DNA of 63,393 nt, the filler included, from Globobulimina sp. (taxonomy: Eukaryota): NCBI GenBank assembly GCA_003354225.1. It is 47 parts of 47 records of this genome, joined end to end, with 100 filler letters (N's around TTAATTAATTAA, not from the genome) between each part and the next. Parts side by side here need not be neighbours in the genome. Positions count along the whole stretch, not along the records: positions 49,994 to 51,243 come from PIVH01020115.1; positions 51,344 to 52,593 come from PIVH01020116.1; positions 52,694 to 53,943 come from PIVH01020117.1; positions 54,044 to 55,293 come from PIVH01020118.1; positions 55,394 to 56,643 come from PIVH01020119.1; positions 56,744 to 57,993 come from PIVH01020120.1; positions 58,094 to 59,343 come from PIVH01020121.1; positions 59,444 to 60,693 come from PIVH01020122.1; 39 more parts are not named here. One strand, written 5' to 3'. The translations under genes were made by a program, and so were the position numbers. Positions 50,102 to 63,393 of this stretch are shown piece by piece; position 1 is the first letter of the stretch; every line of letters starts with the position of its first letter. Below the pieces are notes generated by a model, which saw only the letters and a program-made list of their open reading frames with translations, was not told the DNA's origin and did no database searches.

Positions 50102-51243
50102 TTATAAAAACGAAGGGCCATTGTCGACCTTGCGTTTGGAAATCATATATGCTGTGTTCTTCAGAAGAATACAACTTATCTCCGATGTAATAACATTAAT
50201 AATAATATTTGCATTGATATTATATTTAGATCCAAATTGTTTTGCAATACGCTTAACAAATAATTGGGCGGGTAAACTCCACCCCCCACTTCTCTCAAAT
50301 GCAATCGGTTGAAATTTCCAATGAACTGATTTAATATCTTCCTCATATTTTCTATATTTACTCCGAATAGCTATGTCAGCCGAAATACCGGAAAACCGGA
50401 TAGTTTCGGCTAACTGATTAAATTTATACGGTGACACCACAGTCACATCAAATGCATAATCTTGACCTTTTAAATAATTAAATAGATATAAATCTGCCGG
50501 TTTCGCACCGGAATCCAATAAACCAGGCTTCTCCTTTTCCACCAAAAATCCTGCCTTCTTTGAATAATAAACAAGGCAATCCCTAATTTTATTATGTGTA
50601 TACGTAAAAATGCCGTCATGACTGCCACAATTAATACAATGTGTGCCATAGGCATCCATCTCTTTATCACAATCCACACACAATCTTTCATCCACATTCC
50701 AATCAAATATTTTCCATCCATATCTTGCGTGTGTAGCAAACTTATATGACAAAGGAGACAAAATTGTTGCCGACCTTGTAGGCTTAGCACGTATCCAAGC
50801 CCCCGCGTTAGCGGCCTTTGCCGTCGAATGTCTGCTTTTATCGATAGCTGACTGCAAATTTGCCTCATACTGAGTCAGTCTAAAATCTTTAATATAATCC
50901 GATAAACTCTCCTGATTAAATAATGAATTATCACTTAACAAAGCTGGATCGATCTGATATTTATCACAAAATACTTGTTTTAATGCAACAAATTCTTCAT
51001 AAATATGATTCGATAATAAATCACATTCAATATTATCACCAATAATTTGTAAATATGGAATAGTTTGGGCGTAGGAACCCAGATAAGCCGCGAATGAAAT
51101 ATCTTCAATGATGCGAACTCCATGACCGCCTTCCTTGATTCCCAAACAAAATTCCATAAATTCAAAATCGGTAAATGTCCGACCGAAAACGCGTTCGAAT
51201 GATTCCTTCAATGAATAATCAACATCTTTCAAAGCATCAATAA
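50102..51243 (-). mobile_element. CRE-like non-LTR retrotransposon C-terminus with Zn knuckle and restriction-like endonuclease
   Basis: GGHGVR, AGAWIRAKP, CVDC...HCINC, HNKIRD, KPADL...FDVTV, KYRKY, FQPIAFERSGGW. Confidence 0.85.
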
Positions 51244-51833
51244 NNNNNNNNNNNNNNNNNNNNNNNNNNNNNNNNNNNNNNNNNNNNTTAATTAATTAAN
51301 NNNNNNNNNNNNNNNNNNNNNNNNNNNNNNNNNNNNNNNNNNNATTTTAGCGCGGCGATATGGTCAGCTTGGCTCACGTCTGCTAGAGATTGGCTCCGGG
51401 ATGGGTCATCTGGTTGGTGATCTTGAAAAAGATTTCGAGAACACTGCACTGGATGTCAATCATTGGGCTTTGGTGCAATCGAAAGAGGTGGCGGCAAATA
51501 CGGATTTGAATGCATCCAATATTAAAATGCAAAAAGTTAGAAGTGTTAGTGATCACTGTCCTGATGATACGCAAACAATATGAGTAATAATTGTAGAAAC
51601 TTATTGTATATATACATATATTATGTAGCCGTTTCAAACACTTGTAAGTATATGTTGTTTTTCTTTAAATACTGGTGATGTCTGTGTATTCTGTTGAGAA
51701 TTGAGTAACGAATCTAGATCGTTTCTGTGCTATTGATATGAACATCTAAACGTATATATACGTAAACATTTCCGTATGTACGCAAGTCTCTTATTAACAT
51801 TAATTTTATGAATTAAAAAGCAATGGGTTTGTG

Positions 51834-52565
51834 CTAATAATCCTTAGTTATAGGTTTATCATCCAATTTGAATGAAAGTATTTCATCATTTGGTGCTTCG
51901 ACAACATCCATTGTCGATATAAAAACCTCCAATGTCTCCAATAGAATCACTTTCGAATCAATATATTGTCCATCAACAATGGCACCTTTTTTTATTTGTA
52001 CAAAAGATATTTGTTCAGTTAAATCCTTACTGTTATAAATTGCGGGATCATCAACAATTACTACAAATCGCATTTTTATTCCAGTGTATTCAGATGGGTC
52101 AAAGCTCGAACTGGGTGATCCGAGTAACATTGTTTGCATTGTTTGAATCTCTTGTTTCTCTTCAGTCAGTTCAGTGTTTTCTCCATTTCCTAAATCATAA
52201 TTATCCCCAACACCAAAATCATTTAAATTTGCTGTCTGTGTTATTCTCACACCTTTTGTTTCTATGAATACTTTAAACCAATCCTCTCTCTCTTTCCTTG
52301 TCTCGAACTGTAAATACCAACTTCTTGTTTTTGTATCAATATTAATTAATTTCTCCGCTTTCTTATCCAAAGCAATTATTTCAATTAAATCAATATGTCC
52401 TTTGAGTGCACCATTCACTCCATTTTGTGTTAAATATATCAACTTTTTATTTGTAAATAACTTAAACCATCTTCTTTTAAATGATTTGTTGAAGTGACCT
52501 CTTTTTTTAATCCATCCCTCTTTTATAACAATGGCTGTTTTGCCCCAATCGCTAAAGGTCGACAT
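51834..52565 (-). CDS. PH domain protein
   Basis: IKEGWIKKRG, SFKRRWFKL, KGHIDL, EREDW. Confidence 0.9.
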   Translation of the reverse strand: MSTFSDWGKTAIVIKEGWIKKRGHFNKSFKRRWFKLFTNKKLIYLTQNGVNGALKGHIDLIEIIALDKKAEKLINIDTKTRSWYLQFETRKEREDWFKVFIETKGVRITQTANLNDFGVGDNYDLGNGENTELTEEKQEIQTMQTMLLGSPSSSFDPSEYTGIKMRFVVIVDDPAIYNSKDLTEQISFVQIKKGAIVDGQYIDSKVILLETLEVFISTMDVVEAPNDEILSFKLDDKPITKDY

Positions 52566-52693
52566 TGTGTCATCATTGTCATGGATGTCTTCTNNNNNNN
52601 NNNNNNNNNNNNNNNNNNNNNNNNNNNNNNNNNNNNNTTAATTAATTAANNNNNNNNNNNNNNNNNNNNNNNNNNNNNNNNNNNNNNNNNNNN

Positions 52694-53560
52694 GAAACAA
52701 TTAAAATATTCACAATCACGCATAAAATATTTGTCCATATACTTTTCATCTAAAATTTGTGCTGGAATTCCGAATTTAAATCTATTTATTTTATCTTTGA
52801 TATTATTCGTATTAAGTGTATGGCAGAGTTCTTTGTCTCTATTTTTAATGCTCTTTAATACGGTGTATGCATCGGATATATTGTGTGCAAATATCGATGT
52901 ACAATCTAATGATTTGCATGCTGGAATTATGCCATTTGTACTGATTACATTTTTGGATGGTTTAATACCATAAATGTTATTTAAGGCAGCGGGGACACGA
53001 CCACTTCCCGCTGTGTCTGTGCCTAAACTAAAACTCACTAAGTTTGAGGAAACAGCAACAGCGGAACCACTACTGCTCCCACCTGGTATTAAGCGATTAT
53101 TGTATGGATTGACAGGTGTTCCGTATGCTGTTCTTGTGCCATTCAAACCTGTTGCAAATTGATCTAAATTTGTTTTTCCAATTAATATGCCACCAAATAA
53201 TAATATATTTTGCACACATTCTGCTGTTTCATTTGCAATATATTTATATCCAGGACACCCACATGTTGTTGGTAAGTCTTTTATATTCATATTATCCTTA
53301 ATCGCAAATGGAATGCCATATAATGGATATTTCATAAAAAATGAATCCATGTCGTTATCATTATCGTTGTATATACTTTCTAAATATTCTGCTCGTTGCA
53401 GTATATCTTGGTTTGGTAGTCTATGAATCCAAACATTGTCTTTATTTTCAGAAAATTCAATGTTTTGTATCACTGATTTTGTGATAGGAGATGGTGTAAA
53501 TATCTTCTTTTTGTATCCATTTAACAAATGTGATATGTTTAGATTTAATGACTTAGACAT
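52694..53560 (-). CDS. Allophanate hydrolase (amidase signature family; AtzF or N-terminal part of Dur1,2), 3' truncated
   Basis: PLYGIPFAIKDN, GKTNLDQFATGLNGTR, GGSSSGS, GTDTAGSGRVPAALNN, PACKSLDC. Confidence 0.92.
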
Positions 53561-54043
53561 TCCAATAGGGCTCTCGGATAATGCTATTTAAAAAGTTTTT
53601 CCATTTTATTCATCAAAGTAATCAAACAGTCGGCATTCGTTTTGCCAGTATCAATGCGTTGTGATGACAAAGTGCAGCAATCCAATGAATAAGAGCATCC
53701 TGTTTTCAACGTCAGATTTTTATTGTTTCTGAGAAACGAAGGCAAACCTATATTATTTTTACCTTTATCAGTCACCAGAAACGGTTTGCTTACACCTTAC
53801 CCGGATGCTCTTAATACATAATATTCAGTGTCGAGTGGATATACTACAGTGATGTATCGGATAAGATGAAGACAAAATGATCAAAATATTGATATGATCA
53901 AATATCACTGGACGAACTTTTCCATACATTTTTTTTTTTTTTTNNNNNNNNNNNNNNNNNNNNNNNNNNNNNNNNNNNNNNNNNNNNTTAATTAATTAAN
54001 NNNNNNNNNNNNNNNNNNNNNNNNNNNNNNNNNNNNNNNNNNN

Positions 54044-54966
54044 AATGTTGCAGGACATCGATACAACATCCTTATGTATAGACACAACATCCATATGCAT
54101 TATCAGAATGGTTTTCATATCCAATCAATGATTTAAATGATGCATCTGTACAACAGATAATAGTAAATTCAATAGAATCATTATCAATTAATGGCATGTT
54201 TCATATCCCAAATTTTCTATCAAATGGTGGTTTATCATTGTTTCAACAAAAAATGACTTCAATTCAACATAAACGAAATCGACAACAACGCACAAAAAAT
54301 GTATTTCAAGATTTAGGTGATTTAAATAATTTTGATTCAAAACATCCAAGAAATTATATCAACACATTTTTGATTGGTTTTGTTGGTCGAAACAGTTTAA
54401 GCAAAGAATTTATTTCTTTTTATGAATATGAACCTTTACTCGATTTCTTCAAACAAATACTGCTAAATGCGCACCATTTGAACAATGATACATTTGATTG
54501 TCAAACATATACTGATTTATGTTTATCCGCCGCAAAGGAAGGCAGTGTGTACGCCTATATTGCACAAAACGGAGATTGGGGGCAATGGCATTTTGACCAA
54601 CATCCTTTTTCATGCGTTTGGATGATATCTAAACCACAGAAAGGTGGACAGTTAAAATATAAATATACGCCACCTATAAAAGGTGACAGCAATGCAAATT
54701 ATTATGATAAAAAAGTAGGATATGATTGGCAGAAATTATCTAAAATTATAATTGAGGACAATGAAGAATATTTTCATCGATTGAGTGCAAATGAAGGCGA
54801 TGTGTATTGCTTTAAAGGCAATATTACGGTACATATGGCTGAGCAAGTTTTTGGTGAGAAATTGAGATCTGTGTTGGTTACGACCTTTGCAGATTATCCC
54901 AATTTTAATCATATTCCAGAAATTGATAAGGTCAATGATTGGGGTCAGAATAAACATGAATTGTAG
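54044..54966 (+). CDS. Fe(II)/2-oxoglutarate dioxygenase (BesD/HalD-related hydroxylase-type)
   Basis: WHFD, KPQKGG, GDVYCFKG, VH...R jelly-roll motifs. Confidence 0.75.
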
Positions 54967-55607
54967 TTTTATACTCTTATGTCAATTAGCGATCAATTTT
55001 TGTTGTTTGTTGTTTTGTGCCCGCAACTCTCAGAGGTACTGCAATACTGAGGTCACGTTTATGCGGTCTGGTAATTCAAAGTCTTTTGGCAAGCCGAGCA
55101 TAAAGTAGCTACACAGCGGAAGTCCAAAACTGTTGAAGACCAAATGGCTGCAGAAATCTTCCTAATCAATTGTTTCTCAGAGATCAGGCTGCAGAATTCC
55201 TTGATTTGATAAATTGTAAAACATTATTATTTGGTATTAATTCCGTTATTATTTTATCGATGACAAATATCCAAATCAAGAAAATTATTGTTTNNNNNNN
55301 NNNNNNNNNNNNNNNNNNNNNNNNNNNNNNNNNNNNNTTAATTAATTAANNNNNNNNNNNNNNNNNNNNNNNNNNNNNNNNNNNNNNNNNNNNTGAAAAG
55401 TTTTATTTTTGGGTTTCACAAAAAAAAAGTAGGAAAAGTTTTATTTTTGTGTTTCACAAAAAAAAAGTAGGAAAAGTTTTTTTTTTACGAATTCCATTAA
55501 ACCATTTTCTATTAAGATACTCGTCGCAGTAGTATTGTTCCCACAACTACTCGTCACTATATTCACAATTTGAAGTATTTTCATATTCGGAATTCCGTCA
55601 GTAACCA

Positions 55608-56643
<1,036 letters not shown>

Positions 56644-57063
56644 NNNNNNNNNNNNNNNNNNNNNNNNNNNNNNNNNNNNNNNNNNNNTTAATTAATTAAN
56701 NNNNNNNNNNNNNNNNNNNNNNNNNNNNNNNNNNNNNNNNNNNTACTCATGACCCGCTTGGGGAAAAGACTTCAACGAGAAAGATCGTGATTTTATAGAC
56801 ATAGTAGAATTAGCTAATCCGCCCATTCAATACGAATGAAAACATAAATGCTACCAATATATACAAACAGATTGCTGTATTCTGAACAATCAAACATATA
56901 AAAACAGAAAGAAAAAAAAACAGTGATTTATACGCAATCCAACAAAAATTCTCAACACAAAAACTAAAAAGTCAAAACAAAAAAAACCTCAACACAATCA
57001 AAGTTATTATACAACAACCAACATAATCAAAACACGGCATTTATATATAAAACACAAGCATAA

Positions 57064-57417
57064 TTACCGCAATTCCTGTTCTTCCTCATCATAACTATCA
57101 TGTTTCGTGATTTTTGCTCTTCCGCCACCACCTTCATTTTTTCCCTTTCTTTTTTTATCCTTAATCGGCAAATTCTTCTCCTGCGGATTGACCACCGTGG
57201 CATGGCCATGTCCTTCACCATAACAACAACGGTCATAATCACCACACCAATAACACCCCGTTCCCTTAGTTTCTCCCAATACCTCATCCTCTATCTTCTT
57301 ACATAGACATCGCACGAAACCAAATACAAACAATACCAATGATATTATTACAAAAATAATCGCAAATACCAATAAAACCACAAACGTTGTAAACTGCCCA
57401 CCTATGCAACACAACAA
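57064..57417 (-). CDS. Small single-TM protein
   Basis: Hydrophobic helix followed by Cys-rich and charged tail. Confidence 0.4.
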   Translation of the reverse strand: MLCCIGGQFTTFVVLLVFAIIFVIISLVLFVFGFVRCLCKKIEDEVLGETKGTGCYWCGDYDRCCYGEGHGHATVVNPQEKNLPIKDKKRKGKNEGGGGRAKITKHDSYDEEEQELR

Positions 57418-57569
57418 AAATTCAGTTTCAAACCAACAAAAATTTCCAAATTCAAAGAAATATTTTCAGTTTCAAACCAATATTAGTTTCAAACTGAAAA
57501 ACGTCAAAAATATGGGTTTGAAACTGGATAAAAAAAAACATAATATTTTTAATATATTTTTAGCAGAAT

Positions 57570-57993
57570 TTAACTCCATTTATCGTCGGGATCCAATTTG
57601 CCGACATCTTTGCAAAGGCCGTCAGTGTCACCATAGGCATAACAAGGCACAATATCACCGGCTTCAAATTCATGTTGTTTTGTACATTCGGCAGTAAATG
57701 ATAGTGCGACACAGCCATTATCCCATAATACACACTCGTCGACGGCACAGGTACTGTCGTCATCGAGTTTGATGGTATATGTGTTTTGTGAGCAGGCATT
57801 GCTGTCGGTACAGGTTTGTGTGTTACATTGGGCATTATGTGCGATATTAATATAACAATTTTCTTTATACTGCGCGTTATTATATTCAGCCAAATCGTTC
57901 GCATTCCATAATCCAACTGAGGTGATTAAGAATACAATGAATAAAAATAAACAGACGGAGCCTCCACATATGAATTTAGTGGATTTGCATTTT
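57570..57993 (-). CDS. Cys-rich membrane protein fragment
   Basis: TM followed by Cys-rich loop; may be spliced to the 57064-57417 ORF. Confidence 0.4.
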
Positions 57994-58353
57994 NNNNNNN
58001 NNNNNNNNNNNNNNNNNNNNNNNNNNNNNNNNNNNNNTTAATTAATTAANNNNNNNNNNNNNNNNNNNNNNNNNNNNNNNNNNNNNNNNNNNNACATCAA
58101 TGATATGAATACATTTTCGATACAAATTGTTGACAATATATATACGCCATGATATGCAACAAATACTTTTTTTTTCTTGTTCTTTGTTGTTGCATTTTTG
58201 TGTATGATTTCAGGATTTAAATAAATGTTTCACATGACAGGACTTTCAATCTTAAAATTAAAAGCAAAATAAATTAACCCGCAGGATATATCATATATCC
58301 TTGCACTCACAGAACAATTCAAAAAACCACAAGATAGCTTTATAGCAACAACA

Positions 58354-59034
58354 TTAAGTCCCATCATTCAACATAAATGACATAAAATCCTCATAATCGA
58401 TGGTATTTTCATTTTTATCCCCAATTTGTTGAAACAATGCAGTGACTTCTCTCTTCGTCAATGGTTCGCCCACAGTTATCATTGCTTTCATTAACTTATC
58501 CTTCTCAATGGTCCCATCATTATTGGTATCAAACAATTTAAACGCGTCCCGAATCTCTTTCTCATCGTCGGGGTTCTGCATCTTATGCGCCATCATAATC
58601 AAAAACTGACTAAAATCTATCTTATACTGCGCCACTCGGTACAATAGCTCCTCCTCTGCCTCATGCTCCGCGATCTTTAACTCGGACACATTCAACACAT
58701 TATGGTTCGATATGAATGAGGTTGTCGGCGAATCTCTGCCTCCGCCGACACCGCCCAGTCTACTATGAAAGGGCGAGTACGAGGATGATTTGGTGGAATG
58801 GATTGAGTGTAATATGTCGGTTAATTCTTGCTGTGTTGGATTCTCACCCAATGCTCTCATCGCATTGCCCAATTCAATCTCGTTGATAAACTCATCATTG
58901 TTCTTATCAAACCAATTAAACACTTCTCGGAATTCTGCTATTTGTTCGGCGGTGAAGTCGCCATCATTGTACACTCCAATTGTACCTCCTCTCTTTCCTC
59001 GATAACTTGAGAAAGAACCTAATTGATTCCTCAT
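58354..59034 (-). CDS. Calmodulin-like EF-hand protein with long insertion
   Basis: TAEQIAEFREVF..FDKNND, MRALGENPT, IDFSQFLIMM, EIRDAFKLFDTNNDGTI, IDYEDF. Confidence 0.9.
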   Translation of the reverse strand: MRNQLGSFSSYRGKRGGTIGVYNDGDFTAEQIAEFREVFNWFDKNNDEFINEIELGNAMRALGENPTQQELTDILHSIHSTKSSSYSPFHSRLGGVGGGRDSPTTSFISNHNVLNVSELKIAEHEAEEELLYRVAQYKIDFSQFLIMMAHKMQNPDDEKEIRDAFKLFDTNNDGTIEKDKLMKAMITVGEPLTKREVTALFQQIGDKNENTIDYEDFMSFMLNDGT

Positions 59035-59443
59035 TATTCAAAACAGTAAAACACAGCTCAGATAAAAAAAAGTTTTTTGGTAATTTGTTGTTAAAGCAAT
59101 ACAATATTTTTTACATTATTGGTTTCGAGCATCTGATTTGGGTTTCAATTGCGATCAAATTTATGCAATATATTTAAGAATGTATGGAATACTGCAGGAT
59201 CGAGAAAAAAATTTGGATGATGAGAAGTGGATACATTTATGTTTCTGGCTTTCTTGTTTCGATGAAATCAAATCGGAAAATGGTTTATGTGTTGCAATTC
59301 CAGCAAGTATTCGCAAGCAACTTATGGTTAATGTTGTAAGTTTNNNNNNNNNNNNNNNNNNNNNNNNNNNNNNNNNNNNNNNNNNNNTTAATTAATTAAN
59401 NNNNNNNNNNNNNNNNNNNNNNNNNNNNNNNNNNNNNNNNNNN

Positions 59444-60693
59444 GTGCAATCGGAGTTATCCACCTTATATGGCAAGAATTTAATATTCAATTCCAACAAT
59501 GGCTCTATTCACATCTCTGGCTTTGTGCAATCGCAGCATATGGATGGTATTCAAAATGGTTACGTCCAAATCCGCGCAGCAACAGCAAATGGAAGCAATC
59601 AATTCATTGAGTTTAACGAAAATGCGGTGCACTTATCCGGCAATAACGATGGCGTGCAAATTATTGCTCAGAATGGTATTTACATCGATAAGAATATCAC
59701 AAATTTAAATGGGACGTTGGCTTTCCATTTTTTGGACAATGACATGGTGTTTACATCGCCCTCCGTCTATATTAGGAACGAAGGTATCGACGGTAATATA
59801 ATATTTGATGATAATGGCAATAATAATGCCATCCTAATCCATTCATTGCCGGCGGGTATTATGGCCTCTGATTTGAGCTCAAATATAACATTGAGTGTAC
59901 CATTAATATTACAGCGATCGAGTGATTTGCAACACAGTGAGTTTACATTTTATATTGGTAATATTTTACAATGCATAGCACCATCCACTGGTATTCTATT
60001 AACTGGATCACAATCATCAAAGGCAGTGGGTGCAACAATAAATATTGAATCATCAAATATTGTTTGGAGTGCAGCATGTTTTATGAAAACAGATTCTCAA
60101 TTTGATATAATTTGGTTGCATCCCATATGTTCTGCTTCGAATTCAGACAACAATAATTTATGTGTTATGTATTTAGGCGGCGGCAATAATAATAATAATA
60201 GCTATTTGTTAACCAATCAAGAATTAAATAATATAAATACATCATCTTTGGCAACATTGTATTTAGGCGATCGAGACGGTTATAGTACAAAAATGGATAT
60301 TATTTACATTAATGGCTTACAATTTAATTCAAATGCATCCATAGCAAAGAATTTATATATTACTGGCAATGAAATGAATATTATCTATGGGTCATCAATA
60401 TTTTATGATTTGAATGTAAATTTAATTGCGAGACGGAATATAATATTGAGCCATAATGCGTCGTTATTATTAAATGCAAATTCTGGATATGCATTATTTT
60501 TACAAACAAACGAGTACTGCCAATATAATGATAATAACAGTACATTGTGGATAGGCTCTCGTTGTAATATACAAACAAATCAAGGTGCAATATTTGAATA
60601 TTATGGCGGTGACATATCCATAGCGAATACTGCCTATATAAATGCATCCGATTCAACAATTATAATTTCAGAAAGATGTTCATCGTCGTATTC
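59444..60693 (+). CDS. Internal fragment of a large Asn/Ile-rich, probably beta-rich extracellular protein
   Basis: Frame open across the whole contig. Confidence 0.65.
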
Positions 60694-61361
60694 NNNNNNN
60701 NNNNNNNNNNNNNNNNNNNNNNNNNNNNNNNNNNNNNTTAATTAATTAANNNNNNNNNNNNNNNNNNNNNNNNNNNNNNNNNNNNNNNNNNNNGCATTGA
60801 TGATATTTCAAATATTCCAAGTGATCCACAAGTGGATGATATCGTGCCATCAACGAGTGGGTTGGGATTGGATTATATTGAGTTTGAAGCAAAGCAGGCA
60901 ATGTCGGACGCACCAGTTGGCCATGGATATTATGATAGTTTGGATATTTTACAGCATAAATATTTAGCACAAGCAATAAATGAAAAAGGTTCTCTAACAC
61001 CACAATGACAATAAAATTATTTCACGATTGTGTGTTGTGTGAATTTATCGTGTTCTGTGTATGTATCCAGGCTCTTATGCTTCATAGCTCACTAAATCGG
61101 AATTTCGGATAGTTTGCAATCTGGATCGCGATCTATAACGTAAAACAATAATTTTTGAACAGTATACAAAACAGAACATTTTGTTAATGCACAAAGTCCG
61201 AAAATATCTGGCTGTTTATGATGAAAATTTTGATATCCATAGGCTAAAAATAATAAATGAGACAAAACAAATGCAAATTGCCAATAGTTATATAATTGAA
61301 AAATCTAAAACATTGATTTAAATAATAATAAAACAGACAAAACATTGATTTAAATAATATT

Positions 61362-62043
61362 TTATAAACACACAAATTGTATTTTTTTTCTATGTCCATT
61401 CCATTCTGCGGAGCTTGACGGTGATACAGGCACTGATTGTGCTACATTTCCCTTTCGTGGTGAAGTTAATTTCACAATTGAATCAACTAAAAATTTCAGA
61501 AAAATAATACAACGAAAAAATCTCATGATGTCCCGAATAATTCGCAAAATTAAAAGACCAATATTATCAATATTAGAAATACCAAACATATCACCGACAT
61601 ACATTACGCATAAAAATAGCGATACACAAAATATAAAAAAATCAATTTTATGATCTCTAAATTTGAAATAATCACAAAAATTGCATCCATAAATGGCGAT
61701 GAAAATTAATGATATTTCTGCAAACAAAATGACAGTGAGTAATATATCAAATATCGAATAAATAATTGGTAACTTGAAATTATAATAACTTGCTTTCGTA
61801 CTCGTAATATTATGGTTGTGTTTTACAAATAAAATTATCTCATAAATAATTAAAAATGTATTAATTATCACCATCAGTGCATTTAAACAAATTGTAAATG
61901 TTAAACCAATTGAACTGAAACAAAACTGCCGGTAAACACTACCGAATGATGAATATGGTTCATATTCCATATCTTGAATGTCTTGCTCATTGTTTTCATA
62001 TTGAAATGTATTGTATCTGTACAATCAAAATAAAATACATACG
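61362..62043 (-). CDS. Voltage-sensor-domain-like 4-TM protein
   Basis: S2-like FDILLTVILFAEI, S3-like KIDFFIF, S4-like LRIIRDIMRFFR, then short tail and stop. Confidence 0.7.
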
Positions 62044-63393
62044 NNNNNNNNNNNNNNNNNNNNNNNNNNNNNNNNNNNNNNNNNNNNTTAATTAATTAAN
62101 NNNNNNNNNNNNNNNNNNNNNNNNNNNNNNNNNNNNNNNNNNNTTACTCATAAAATTAGAAATTTATCACAGATTTTAATTCAAATGGATGACTATATGT
62201 TAATTGCTAAGATCTGAAATATATTTAAATGATATCTATGATTTTCAAAATAAATCTGGAATAAATTGGTTGCGAAATGTTGCAAGAAATACAAGAAAAG
62301 CCTGGTCTTTACCCATCGAACAAGAAATTGCAGATAAACTTTGTGATAAAAAGGAAACAGTTCAAATAAAACAAAAATTGATATTTTATGGAAAGAATGA
62401 CATATATTTTCAAATTGAATTGAAACAAAATTCGAATTATAACTTAGCTATGAAATGTAACGATAAATTATGATTTAATTCAAGTCAATGTTTGAAGAGA
62501 TACAATGATAAAAATGACAAATTGGTTTACAGATTAATAAAATCATCAAACTTTATGAAACAAATGGGATATAAACAGAAAACAAATGATTTTGACATTA
62601 CATTGATTGGAAGTTAACGGATATCTCAGTATTTAATAAAGCCGTAACTCAGCAATGTATATAATGTATTCATGCAATAAAACAAATTCATAAAGGAGAC
62701 TCATATGGGGCATTGCTCAAAGCCTTGATGTTTAACCCCGTAATATGTACTAATCAACCACTTCTTGTTCAGAATATATATAATGCAAAACATTACTGGT
62801 CAATGCCCATTATTTAATTGCGTAATTCGTAACAATACAATTTTCAATCTCAACTTTGAATGTCACCTATCATCGCGTAGTAAACTAAAGTAATGTTATT
62901 GAATGTATTCCGAAGATAGTTGTATGATCACCACACGTTCTGCAATTACTGAACCTGTTGAATCGCTCGAATTCGTTAAGAAAACAAAAGGCGCCACAAA
63001 TACAGACATAACAGGAACTGATGATGTTGACCCTTCCCAACAGGCATGTTTATGCATTTGTTTTTTGCAAGCTTATGTATTTAAATTCTTTTATCTTTTA
63101 TGCAACAGATGCAACGAGTAAACGTAATAAATTTACACGCAACAAAATACTGTAAAATTATTTTAATGATTACCTGCGTCATTGTATTAATCAGCATAAT
63201 GCTAATCATATCCTCCCATTTATTGTATAAACCAACATTCCCTCCAACATCACCACCAACACAGTTAAATATTATTGCTTTTTGTTTATTAAATTTAATG
63301 TGCATTTTTTTGTCTTTAGATATGTATCAAATGTCACTCAAATTGATGGAGGCCAAGCAACACTGCGCCTGGACAGCAATGGCGACTATGTGA

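Noticed and set aside
55395-55485. About 38-bp tandem duplication upstream of the aminotransferase (similar short duplications at 21856-21881, 61308-61359 and 14555-14650)
   Set aside because: Simple local duplications with no further structure

Overview
This window is not a contiguous locus. It is 47 unrelated short contigs (1252, 1251 and 1250 bp, sorted by decreasing length) joined by an artificial 100-bp linker (44 N + TTAATTAATTAA + 44 N, which gives stops in all six frames). Adjacency across linkers is therefore meaningless, and ORFs ending in 'XXX..LIN' are truncated. Most contigs come from an AT-rich, gene-dense microbial eukaryote with short (about 60-90 nt) GT-AG introns and very short head-to-head intergenic regions. 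The gene content (PT/SPT-repeat surface proteins, ART-like families, an RNF213-like fragment) resembles Foraminifera/Rhizaria; this is an inference. Recognisable genes include a UBE2D-type E2, DPH5, DNA2, SMC2, aspartate aminotransferase, allophanate hydrolase, SAMHD1-like, TMEM201/Ima1-like and calmodulin-like proteins, kinases and tRNA-Ala(CGC). Mobile or repetitive DNA includes CR1-like, CRE-like and other non-LTR fragments, a Ty3/gypsy relic, a TTAA-flanked MITE and two satellite arrays. The most notable observations are: an R-S-E ADP-ribosyltransferase fused to a response-regulator receiver domain; a DPANN-archaeal pilin gene joined to unrelated DNA; a bacterial-type hydrolase gene carrying spliceosomal introns; a stand-alone voltage-sensor protein; a multi-TM/TKL kinase fusion; a PTS2-bearing aminotransferase; and an atypical tRNA-like element. 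All family assignments rest on motif recognition by eye; no database searches were run.
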